The notes under the pieces: generated by a model
The model's input: only the letters and a program-made list of their open reading frames with translations
What the model was told of the DNA's origin: nothing
The model's database searches: none
Assembly: GCA_002256025.1 (NCBI GenBank)
Contig: NKIB01014897.1
Location: 1 to 39,670, forward strand
Length of the DNA stretch: 39,670 bases
From: Asterionella formosa
Lineage: Eukaryota
Direction of reading: 5' to 3'
In this document: positions 11,390 through 22,695 of the stretch, piece after piece
Layout of the letters: every line of letters begins with the position of its first letter
Numbering within the stretch: position 1 is the first letter of the stretch
Program-made: the position numbers and the translations under genes

Positions 11390-14300
11390 TCATTGGACCT
11401 TCAGAGTGCTCAACATTTGTGCAGCAAGTTGTTGAACTTCCGGCTCATAGTCAGAAGCAGCAACGGTTTTGAGAACCGCCAAGGATTTCATCACGTGCAT
11501 AGAGTCCAAGTGGCCTACTCCACCACTGCGAGTTTGGTCAATGGTGATGATGGCTACCAATAGTTTGAGTCCCGCAGTTTTCACCAAGGTTACGGCACGG
11601 GTTCCTTGGTCATGTGGCGGATGTTCGATGGAATTCAGCGCCCAATGGAAAATCAGATGTACAGTCTTTGCAGGGGTGCCAATCATTTCGACGCATTCCA
11701 ACGACTTGGTTCGGACAATCAAAATAAATACAACTTGCAGTGCATTAGCGGCGGAAAGTGGATGGTTAGAATCAATGCTGTACGTCATTGTAGCCCGTCG
11801 AATCATCAAAGGCATTGTTGACTTTGCCCAACGCTTCAAGAGTCCGTCTTTTTCCGGGCAACGCTTGGATACTTCCAAAAAAGATTTCCACAAACAAAAA
11901 CGCATTTCGATTGTTAGCGAAAGGTTACTGTCAACATTAAACAACCGTTTAGCAATCTTTTCCGCCCATTCAAGGTCTGGGGAATCATCCGTCAATATTT
12001 CACTTAAAGACAAAGCAATATCAGACATGTCAGATTTTCCGTATGCAAAGAATTGTTCCAAACAGCTCGCGAAGAGTTCAATGCATCCGAGTGTCTGCAA
12101 CTGTGTGAGATCTCGGTGCTCAGTAAGCTGATATGACGGTGTTGGTATTTCGCACATTAACAGAGCAAAGGCTACAGTGGCAAACAATCCATCACTGCTG
12201 CCAGGATCAACAGAAACTGTCAGAAAATACACAACAGCATAGAGTGCAATCTTTGCAGGCTTGAATGATTCACCTGCCGGCGCAGAATAACCATTTAATG
12301 CCTTTATGAAAGCTGGTTGACAAATTCGCTGAAAGCAAGAGCAGGCAGGGTCGATGTCGAAAGGTAGGCAGTGTCCAGCCACTTCCGCTGATAGACGTCT
12401 TTCTTCTGGTCCAAAACACCCTTCAGGTTCCTCAAAGGTCAGCCTCGCCGAAATTTCATTCGCTAGCAAGGAAAGGGTCGACACTGTATCCGCCTTCTCG
12501 AAACATTCGTTGCCAAATGAAAATTTCCAAGCGAGTTGGTAGAGCTGACTCGGAATGCGGCGAAGTAAAAGGAGCGGCGACAATCTCTTAAAAATATCGC
12601 ACCGAGATTCAGATTGGCTTGTAACTTGAAGGTGGTGCGAGCACAACTGTACTACACTCCGTATTCCAAAGAAGACGGATTGACGACTGCGCTGCGAGTC
12701 AAAGTCGTAATTAGCAGGTTCACCAACGAATAAACCCAACATCGCAAGCAGTCCAACACTGGAAGGTGACCTCAAGACAGCTCTGGCGATAGCGAGCAGG
12801 ACTTGGCAATACCCTCCAAGACCTAAACTTTCTACTAAGAGGACTTCTCTCCACCTCGGAGCAAAACACTCACAAATTTTCGATGCCTTCGATTCGCAGG
12901 AAACTTCAATGGAAAGCAATTTCTCGACAAACGAATCAACAAAGTGGTTAATTTCGTTGCTCCTAAGACACTCCTCAAGTTTCTGTGACATGGAATTTGA
13001 AAGCGCATCACAAATTTCTTTGGAAGTTGAATCATTGTTTGTCAAAGTGCATGTCACATCTATGATCAAAGGGACAAGAAATTCAGTCGCAAGATGCCGG
13101 AATAAACTAGTAGTTTTCATTTTTCGCCTGAGAACTGAACTGTGGCCCACACAAATAAAAAGGAACGTCGCAGCGTACTGATCAAGTTTATTTTCTCCGT
13201 CACTGACAATGCATGAAAGCACTTCAACTTTCATTGGATGATCACCTGACAGCTCCACGAATTCGTCCAATCGAGTGGAATCACCGTCAATGACAAACTT
13301 AGCAAGCAAGGCATATATTGACGGATTCGCTGTGTCGATGTTGTCGGTCGTTTCTCTCGACTCCATTTTTCTCACAACTTCTACAAGCAAGGAAAATATT
13401 GCTGCTTTCGTTTCTTCACCTTGTGGTAGACCGCTACTCTCAGACCAAAGGTAGTTTCTAGGGTTTGCGTGAGATTAAGCATAGAGGCAGGAGCAAAAAG
13501 TTATAAAGCAAATTTCATTTCCACTTACAATATCGTGAGAATCATGTCAACAAGGCCGTCTTGTAAGCTTGTAATCAATTTTTCAACAACTACAATATTG
13601 TTAGCGGCGATTGTCAAGTCCTGCAAGTGCCTTTTGTTGTTGCCCAGCCATGCTGCCAGTCCACGAATAGCAAAACTGCTACTTTCTGAATCTTTCGCTT
13701 CGGAGAGCCTTGCAATAATAATTTTCGCTTCGATTTTATCAGGCTTTGAGCAGACGGTCTGAACTAGTCCTCCAAAACATGAATCTCCAATTCGTAGCGT
13801 ACAGTTGAATTTTTGCCTTGCTGGGTCCTTCAATACGGTTCTCCAATTGGAAATGACCGCTAAAGTACAATGCTTCCGCGCAAGTTGGATTCGTCTTGTT
13901 TCGTTAGCTAGGGATGATTTTATCCATTTTTGTTGAATTTCCAAAAGACAGTCTAAGCCGGGAAGAGCAATGATAAACTCATCATAAATCGAGTATACTT
14001 CTGAGGACAGTGCCACAATGGTACATGCAGCCTGAAAAGCTTGCTGTGATAATCTCGATCTATTGGTGCATCCATCATTTGCAATTTGTATCAGACCAGG
14101 ATAGACCAAAGCAAGTAGATCACGCATAACATTTGCGTTTTCAGCTAAGCATTTCAACGCAACAATCTCAAAAAAAGTTGCTGCCCCGAAAGCCGATACT
14201 CGAGATTTTCTGTCCTTAACGAGAACGATAAATGTTGCAGGAAGTTTCATTCCATAGGAATGCATCATTTCATATCCTAATTCCACCGCACTTGAAGAGT

Positions 14301-14955
14301 CGGCATCAGTCTGGGCCAATCTATCAAACACCAGCATCCATGCGTGCCTCCAATGTGACGCGCTCACGAGACAATTATCAATGAACTGCTGAGAAATTTG
14401 ATGTGGGTTTGATACTTTCGGTATCTTCCATAGAGTACGAAAAAATTCCTTTTCGATGAAGGAACTCTGTGTAAGCGATATGGGCTCGTCGAACGAGCCG
14501 TTGTCACATTGGACGAGAGTTGACGTCTTGTCAATAAATGAGCAACTCGTCGTTACCTTCTGCAGTTTTTCGGTTTCTACAACGACTTCATGAATCTTTC
14601 CAGAAGACACCTCTCGAATATCAATGCTATGTTGGTCCGAATCATCTCCAATATGAAGCGGCAGCATCAGTGACGGCTTACTACATTCCGAAGAATTCAA
14701 GAGTTTGCTGTTCGATGATCCGCTTTTTCCTAACAGATTCTGCGAGTTCGACGAGCCAATGAAAAATATCGATTGCTGATCGTTATATTCCTCCACTTTT
14801 TCTTCCACGTCTATCAGCGTCGACGACGACGCCTGAGCATGGCTACTAGTCGGTCTGGAAGCAGTTGCAATCTTCGCTTGCTTCGACAATGATTTATTTG
14901 ATTCAGATAAAAGGAACCCTTTCCGAAGACCACCTAGATTATTTTTCTTTGTCAT
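11390..14955 (-). CDS. Uncharacterised large alpha-helical (ARM/HEAT-like) protein, ~1164 aa; exons 14955-13529 and 13457-11390
   Basis: The 486-aa and 666-aa ORFs join in frame through a 71-nt intron (GTAAGT at 13528, TAG at 13458). Leu-rich helical composition; N-terminal GGLRKGFL motif. IFKRLSPLLLLRRIP and EERRLSAEVAGH resemble, from memory, a plant ARM-repeat family. Confidence 0.8.
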
Positions 14956-15100
14956 GCTGGCTATTCTGGATCGAAGGAGTGGCACAATTCACAGATGATC
15001 ATAAGCAAATCCGGGATGAATCCGCTTTCTTGATTTTTTTGTCGTGGTCCGGCTATAATTGCGCTACCAGTATACCGGTTCTTACTACCGGTAATTGGTA

Positions 15101-15423
15101 CTGCCCTCTGTCTAGCAACAGTTGCATCTATAATTCCAATTTATCCGGGGCCATTTTGACTCCAACGATTTTCTCCGGCTCAATTGCCCCATTGTGCGGA
15201 TTGCTCTAACGTACAGAATCATATATATATATTACATAGAAAGATTAAAAATGGCAACTACGACGTTTAAAAAAAACGTTTTTCGGCTTTTTCGACGACC
15301 ACTTTTGCTCATCTCGAGCAAAATGCAGATGCATGAGGACCGGCATCATGGGAGGATTCGAACTCCTCTCACCAGCACTGGTGGTGCCGGCAAATCGATG
15401 CAACTGTTACTAGACAGAGGGAG
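15101..15423. mobile_element. Stowaway-like (Tc1/mariner) MITE, 323 bp
   Basis: Left TIR CTGCCCTCTGTCTAGCAACAGTTGCATC (15101-15128). Right TIR reverse complement CTCCCTCTGTCTAGTAACAGTTGCATC (15397-15423). Flanked by TA on both sides (15099-15100, 15424-15425). CTCCCTC(C/T)GT plus a TA target-site duplication is the Stowaway signature. Confidence 0.88.
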
Positions 15424-16413
15424 TACCAGGTACCATGTACTCTTCCTGGTAACTGGTGGTGGGTAGACTACCTGATGGTAATACTGTAGTACCCTTGTCT
15501 CTGCTGAGGTAATGCCTATGACAAAACAGGAACAAATGACAAGAAATGGAAGCAAGCCCGTGACATCGTTTGGTTGCCAGTAAATTTCGACAAACTGATT
15601 TATTGCTGGTCGAAAACAGTTTTTATTTTTTGCACACCCGGATGTATGCAAAATGTTTTTATATAAACAACCATAATATTAGTTGGTCGCATGGCTAATG
15701 GTATATTCAACATGGATGTTGCTTAGTAACAAGAAAATATAAAGTCTAAACTATAAACATGTTATGTGTTGAATAATCATAATGATGTTTTGAAATTAGG
15801 AGAAAAGCATCAGCCATAAAAAGTTATTGACGAATAACTTTTTTGCACGTTTGATGATGAATATATACAGTATATGATTGATGAAATAACAGCCTGTATG
15901 GTAAATTAAATAAATTCAATACAACCTTTCTTCTGACATTAACCAAAATAGAACTTGATAGAATTTTTTAAATATTTGGCTTGGGTGAGCCTATTATGGT
16001 TGTCCAAGCAGATACAAAATATTTGGTCTATATGATCAACCAAGACAAAAAACTTAGAGTGAAATCAACTGTAATAAAACCAAGATGATGAAGCATTGCA
16101 TTTTGCATTCAGATAACAAATTGTATAGACAAGCTTATTCTGTTGACAAAGTCAAGAGTAACCCAGGCCAAGCAAACAATACTAGTAAGCTGATTGTGGT
16201 TAGAAGCTTTTGGTCAGTGCAGCCTGCCTTGCCAGAAGACCACAAGGTAAATTAAGTCAGTCATCTTCTCTATGTGGTTGTGTTTGACTTGATCAGGCTG
16301 TAGTTTACTTGTTCAAGACAGGAAGAGTGATACATAATAAGAATAGTTTATGATGCAAAAATTTCAAGAACTATGTTAATGTTTTAGTTGAGAGGGAAAG
16401 TCTCCTCCCCCAT

Positions 16414-19400
16414 TTACACCCTCGAGCCTGGAAAACTTTTCACAGAAATGATAGCAGTTGGCTTTGGAAGGTCAATTTCTTCTTCCCATCCTCCTGCCCA
16501 CTTATTCGAAAACTCGTCTTCGTCATCGGTCTCAAATGAGAAGCTGTCGAGTTTGTTCAATTCACATATATTAGAAGGTCGTTTCGATGGCAGCGCTTTC
16601 CTGACAGTGGGCAAGGAAGAATGTCCTGATCGGGGATTGTCAAGCTTTGAATTGGTTAATGCGACGCAAGAAGTGGAAGAATTTGCGGTTGAAACGGTTT
16701 GCAGAGTTGTGGGAGTACTGTTGGAATCGTCCGATCGAGACATATTGTATACCGAATAATGAGGTTTGGATTCGAGGCCAGCGACTCCACGAGACCTGTT
16801 TGGTGCTTTGCTTCCCTCGAAGCCCTTTCTGCTGTTGTCAGTCAACGATTGATTTGTTGAATGGCTGTATCCCATAGCATCATCTTCGCAGTCCTTAAAC
16901 TTGCAGTCTTCATCCTGATTATCATTTCCCCCACCAGATGTATCATGACTGCAGGTTTCGTCTTTATCGCAGTTTTCTTCTTCGCTGTGTTCGGGAGCGA
17001 TGACGAATTCAAATGCCATTTGGAGGCCAAGTGTCTTGATTCCACGCTTTACGAAAAAGTTGCGAACATTCGTCAAATCTTTCTTTAGCAACTCGGTGGA
17101 AGACGCATGTCGAGTGTCGACAGCAGAACGAAAATCAATAAAAACAGTCTGTGCCCCATTTCCAGAAGAGCTAGGTGTATTGACGTCTTCGACATCATTG
17201 TCCACAATATGTGCAGGACACACAAGTATATGTGACTCATTGAGGTCGCCATGAACTAAGCGGGCGTGAACATACAATCTGAAACGAGAAGGGAGAACGA
17301 TTGTGAGATCAAGGAATCATGATTCAAAACCATCCAAGTACTGGTATAACATACCGTCTAACGGAAACCATCACTTGAGAGTAGAGAGAATTCCACTTTC
17401 CACTACCCTTTCGCAAATCAAGCGTTTCAAGTTGAGGAGCAGGCCATCCGAAGTCGCCCATAAAGCGCATAAAAATGGCATTGCCTTCCTGAGCAAGTGG
17501 AGTAGGGACTGGGACACGAGCTTTGCTGGCCCGCAACAAGCTGCTATATTCTTTCTGCGCAGCACGTTCCAGCTGCTCAGGATTGCCACCGAACTCAACA
17601 ACTTTCTTGAAAACCTTGATGGCAACATCAGCCCCTCTACTCTTGGTACCGCCAATTGCATGATAAATACGACTCGTTGCCCCTTCTTTGACAAAACCAT
17701 TGCATTTTTGGATGAGGTTACCGGTGGCGGCATATCTGAATTGTAAACGAAAGCTTTCACCCCTTTTGCTTCCACAAGAAAGTGTGGAAGTGCTGGAACG
17801 AGCAGTATCACGTGATGTGATCGTCGAGCGAGTAAATTGACTGTAAGCAGAATTGCTAACAAAAGAAATGTCTTCGTCGGCTTCCATACCAAGCTTCACA
17901 TTATTTTGCTGAATTTCTTCATCCTCATTCTTGAAAGGTAGGGGTAGTGCTCTTACTCGTAGTGGAGGTTTTGGCTGATCTCGGAATTCTCGGGGCGGCT
18001 GAGATTGGACCACCTGTACAGTTTCCACTTCCGGCTGTGGCCGAACAACCCGCTGAGATTCTAACGGCAGCTGAGGCCGACCCTCCAGTTGCAATTCCAA
18101 TGCATGGCGTCTTGGTGGACTAGATGAGCAGCGTGCGCCGACAAACTGAGCTCCCTGCAATCTCGTTGTGTCCACTTGTGTCTGTTGAAAAGGATCTTGG
18201 TAGATTTCCTGCCAACCAAGAGGACGAAACGAGGAATAGCGCGTTGATTCTTCATTCTGAAGTTCCAAGGCCACCATGAGAGATTGCTGCTGCTCAATAA
18301 GGGATTTCTTTTGTTCCTCCTCCTCTGCTTCTCGGATAGCCTGTTCTATTGCAGCAGCTTCATCCAAAGACAAGTGTGTAGCAGCTGCTAATTGGTCACC
18401 AGGGTCGGCAAACAGTGAAAGTGGGCGTCGCGCTAGAGCAGAGCTTGGCTTGGAACTTCTCGACAGCTCCGAGTCTGCGCTTCGTGGCTGTGAATATTCG
18501 CTTCGACAATGGGGTTCATCCTCCCCAGCATTGTGAAGGGCTTGTTCAATTGCGTCAACTTCTTCTTTTGGCATATTCTTACGTGCATAATCTAATTGAT
18601 TATATATATGCGCAGACGAAGATCTGTTCATTGAAGGTAATGCTGGAGGTAGCCGTCTTTCCTCGATGACCAAATATCGTCGAGAATCCTGTCGATAAAA
18701 CGAGTCGAGTGAATTTTTGAGTTTAGCCTCCGAATTGTCCATGCTTTGTATGTCCCTCTCTGTATCATGAAAATCAAGGTCACGGTTGGGTTTCTCGTTT
18801 TCTCGAAAAGACTTTAGAGACATTTTTATAGCTAGCCGAATCATACGATCGTCGTCTGTCTCTCCAGAAATCGACGAAAAACTGTTGTACGGATTCAAGT
18901 CCGGACGGTCTAGTGCTGGGTTCCGTTGCATGTCATGGTGATTCTCAATGAAAGTGGCATTGTGGTTAGAGGCCAACACCGGTCCGCTTGCTGCCGATAG
19001 TAACAAAGATGCATTCAAACTAGTGGTAGAAGTCAACAAAGTAGGGGAGGAAGTCGAATTGGATGCTTGCGTTGAATCCCTTGTAGTTTCTGTCTGTCGA
19101 GTAACTACAGTTGTGTGAGCGAGCTGCCGTTTTCGCTGTCCTAAATTGCGAAGACTGCTTCGACGAGGCGCCATTTCCTCGTCACCAGGTGCATCGTCAC
19201 GCACAAGATTAATTGATGAAGAAAAGCTTTGATGGAGGCTCCCTTGACTTCGGTTCCCTTGGAGTTGAACATCAGTGAACTGACCGACCCAGTATTTACT
19301 TCCCCTAATTGCATTATGTTGCGGAAGGGAGCGATCGCTGGATAAAAAAGGAACGTTGGATCTGTTATTCAATGATGACGTTTCATTTGCGGTCAGTTCA

Positions 19401-19705
19401 CCTGCATGCACCTTGGGAGTGTCCTTGATAGAGCCTGAAATATTCCGAAAACTCTTTTTGGTCTGGGAACTATTGTACGACCCGCTTCCTTTGCTTCTGT
19501 TGCTCTCTCCACTGGAACGATCCTGGCTATCACCGCCCGGCGATCGATTGATATTTGGTTCGTCGTTGTTGCTGCTTTGCTGCTTGCCCCATTTCAGGCG
19601 ACGACGACCCCCCGCAACCGGCGTAATTTGATCCGGATCATCTTCATTTGCCATGCGCTGATATGCTTCCACGTTTTTGTGGCCTCCTCTTGCCTTCGGA
19701 TTCAT
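16414..19705 (-). CDS. RIO-family atypical protein kinase-like protein (RIO1/RIO3-like) with long disordered N-terminus, ~1071 aa; exons 19705-17355 and 17278-16414
   Basis: VAIKVFK, AQKEYSSL, VPVPTP, FMRFMGDFGWPAPQL, LVHGDLNESHIL, FIDFRSAV, LKKDLTNVRNFF. A 76-nt phase-2 intron GTATGT(17354)...CAG(17279) joins the 793-aa and 287-aa ORFs. Confidence 0.88.
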
Positions 19706-21059
19706 GTGTTCTTGATTTGTTTTGCACTTTTTAATTCGCTGCTATGATTACTTTAATTGACGCAATGATGCAAGGGGGTGTGTATCGACAAGGGCGTCGT
19801 GGGGATTTGACACAACCTGTAATTGCATTCACAATAAGGAGTGGAAACGGCACGGACAATCCCTGTCACAACGGTGCTGATATTACCGGTACCTGGTACC
19901 AGGGTAGTCGAATTCTTGGCCTGATGCCAACAGTACATGCAAGAGGCGAGGGATTCTTGATCATACATAGCAAACCGGGTACCTGGTACCGGGTACCGGG
20001 TACGGAGTACCTGGTATGTAATTGAATACGTAAAAGAGCAACCCTGGAATAACTGTTAAAACTGTGTTCCTTTTTAGTAGGTAATGTAATTCTTATTCGA
20101 GTCTTGTCGTGTCCTGATGAGACCGTCGTATGTCCTGAATGATTCAGGTACATATATATGTGTCCGCCTTCTTTTTGGCTACTCCTCATGATTTTTGTCA
20201 AGCTGTTCATATAATTCATTTAACGTTCATTGATAATTTGCCTTTTATTGAATGACAACCTATCTACGGCGAATCCTTCGCATAGACCATAAGTGATACT
20301 GCCTATAAACAAAACTTCCCGCAACAGATAAACGATTTTTGAAAGATGCACGTGATTTAAATCATCCCCCTTGTAACGGTTATGTTTGGCGAAGTCACGA
20401 AGAAATGGTCCATTGTACTATTGTAAAACACTGATGCTGCTAAAATTTAAAGATTTCTTCCCTCAAGAATTGACGGTTGCATTTCTTCCCTCGGAGTGGG
20501 AAAACCAAAGGAGTTCTTCATGGTATTTGTATGAAGTAAGTTGCTATGACAGCAGAACATACTCTCCCTCAGTTCACGAGATGTCTGTAGAATGCCTGGT
20601 GAATCGGATGCTAGTGAACGAAAAATTCAACATATGCCGGTATTTATCTATATCAGTGTACCTGGTACTAGGAGTAGTAAAAGTCGAATTGGTGGCTCCT
20701 CAGTTTTATGGCTAGAATATCTATACGTACTACGGCTGAAATAGTACTACTGGTCGTCTTGAGCGATCTGCCACCCGGTTTAACAAGGTTGGATTACGAC
20801 CACGTGGAGTATCAAACTAATAGAAGTAGGTACCGGTAATTTGTTGAATAGATGAGCTTATCAACAGTAGTTAAAATCAAGTATAGCACCCATTCAACTA
20901 CACTGGTAAGCTAACATCAACATATTTAATAGGCCGGTGTTTGTCAAGTTCTCACATGTTCGAGTTCTGATATACTTGATATAAGAACTGTAACCCTGTA
21001 CACGAATGTATCATTGCATGGGATTGCTCACTTTCCCACACTAAAAGGAAAACCTTGCA

Positions 21060-21461
21060 CCTTTGAAAAGGTTTCATGTGGTGAATATCAATTCATTCAG
21101 TAATATGCATAGCTTGTTGAAAAGTGACTGCACCATTTGTATGCACTTGAATGATAGGAAAAGGACCTTTCCCACAATCATCAAAAGTACAAGCTAGTTG
21201 CTTGTGTCCAACTTTGTAACCACAAGAATGACAACAGAAGTTAGCATGATGAACTCGTTCATTAATTATCACTAGACAACATTGATGTATAAATTGTAAA
21301 TCTGTAACCAATGGAATATACGTCATGCTGGACGACCAATGCTCCTGGTAAAATACAAACATACTAAGCTCTCCACTCCATGGTCGAAACCAGTTGGAGA
21401 ACTCACAACAACTGCGAAAACAGCGAGAAGAAACGCTTCTCTTGCAATACAAGAAATGCAA
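21060..21461 (-). mobile_element. Relic of a Ty3/gypsy LTR-retrotransposon integrase C-terminus
   Basis: IPLVTDLQFI...IINE...N...GYKVG...GPFPIIQVHTNGAVTFQ...ITE*IDIHHMKPF matches the GPF/Y-SH3-like end of gypsy integrases (GPFxIxQVHTNGTV...ERINIRRIKPF pattern). Interrupted by a stop; no LTRs recognised. Confidence 0.7.
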
Positions 21462-22695
21462 ACCACTGTTACATTACTAGCATACTTCAGCATCACTAGG
21501 CATTACCACAGACTCAGTGTCAATGACTCTACAATCATTACCCTGTCAATTTACTGGGACAAAAGCTACAACATATGGCTCATTTCGTCCTCTGATATTA
21601 GCCATGTATGCAATAGTACCTGCTGGCACAGGTGGTCTACAACATCACTGATCCTTAAGAATTAATGCTATTCTCTGCCCATTCACTCTGAGTTGGGGTA
21701 TGCGTCATCCTCCATGCCACAGGCTTCACAGATGGCCAAATATAATTTTTTTGTGGTGGCATACATACATACATACCGGTACATTCATTCGGAATAAGTA
21801 CAAATCGCCAAATGCTATTTTAGATCAGCTGGCCACCCAAAATATTTACAGGAAACAAAATAAAGCATATCACTGCAAATCATGATAACTATATAAGTTG
21901 AATCATAGTTGAATCAGTCATTATTCCATGTACTTCTAGGGTTTTTACATTTACATTGACTACCGGTATACCACTGGGTTGATGACTGTTCCAATCATCA
22001 AAACGAGCATACCAGCATTCCGGTCATAGCAACTTTCGTGGTTACGCAATCTATGCTCGAAGGCAAGTTGCCTTTGTTTTATTGTTATATCTTACTTCGC
22101 ATGTACGCACGTAGAGAATAGATGATGATGGGTGGAAGAAAAATGGGTCCTCATGCATCTGCATTTTGCTCGAGATAGCCAAAAGCGAAAATCGAAAAAA
22201 GCCCATATACCGGTAGGTGCGTTTGCTTGAGTGAAATCTGAAGAGTTTTGCCGCCGCCAGGGTCTGATCGACGTCAGACAGTCAATACTCTGACTGTCCT
22301 GGCCTTCGTCACCATCAGTTTGCACTCGATGATGGCCCTTCATTTTGCTTGCTTTTGCCAATTGCGAAGATGTCCAAAGAAAAAACATTATTCTTCATTC
22401 TTTTTGTGTGTTACCAGCATTTTAATATTTCTTTTTTATCTGCCTCGTGTAGATTTATTATCAGCCACCAGCCAACGTTCCAGCTGCTCACCTGTGGTAT
22501 CAGCAGCCTACCGATATTAATTGCGGTGCCGCGTAATTCTTACAATCAGTAAAAGTGCGGCTGCAGATAGCACCAACAGAAAATCAGCTTGCAAGACATC
22601 GTCCTCGTTACTTGTCGAACTATCTTGCTTTGCCTTACATTCTGTACAGGAGTGTTGAAGCAATAAAGACCACAGTCCCCTTTTCTCGTCCTTCC

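Noticed and set aside
15480..16380. AT-rich stretch with a FVSAWT peptide reminiscent of MULE transposases
   Set aside because: A single short match with no supporting motifs.
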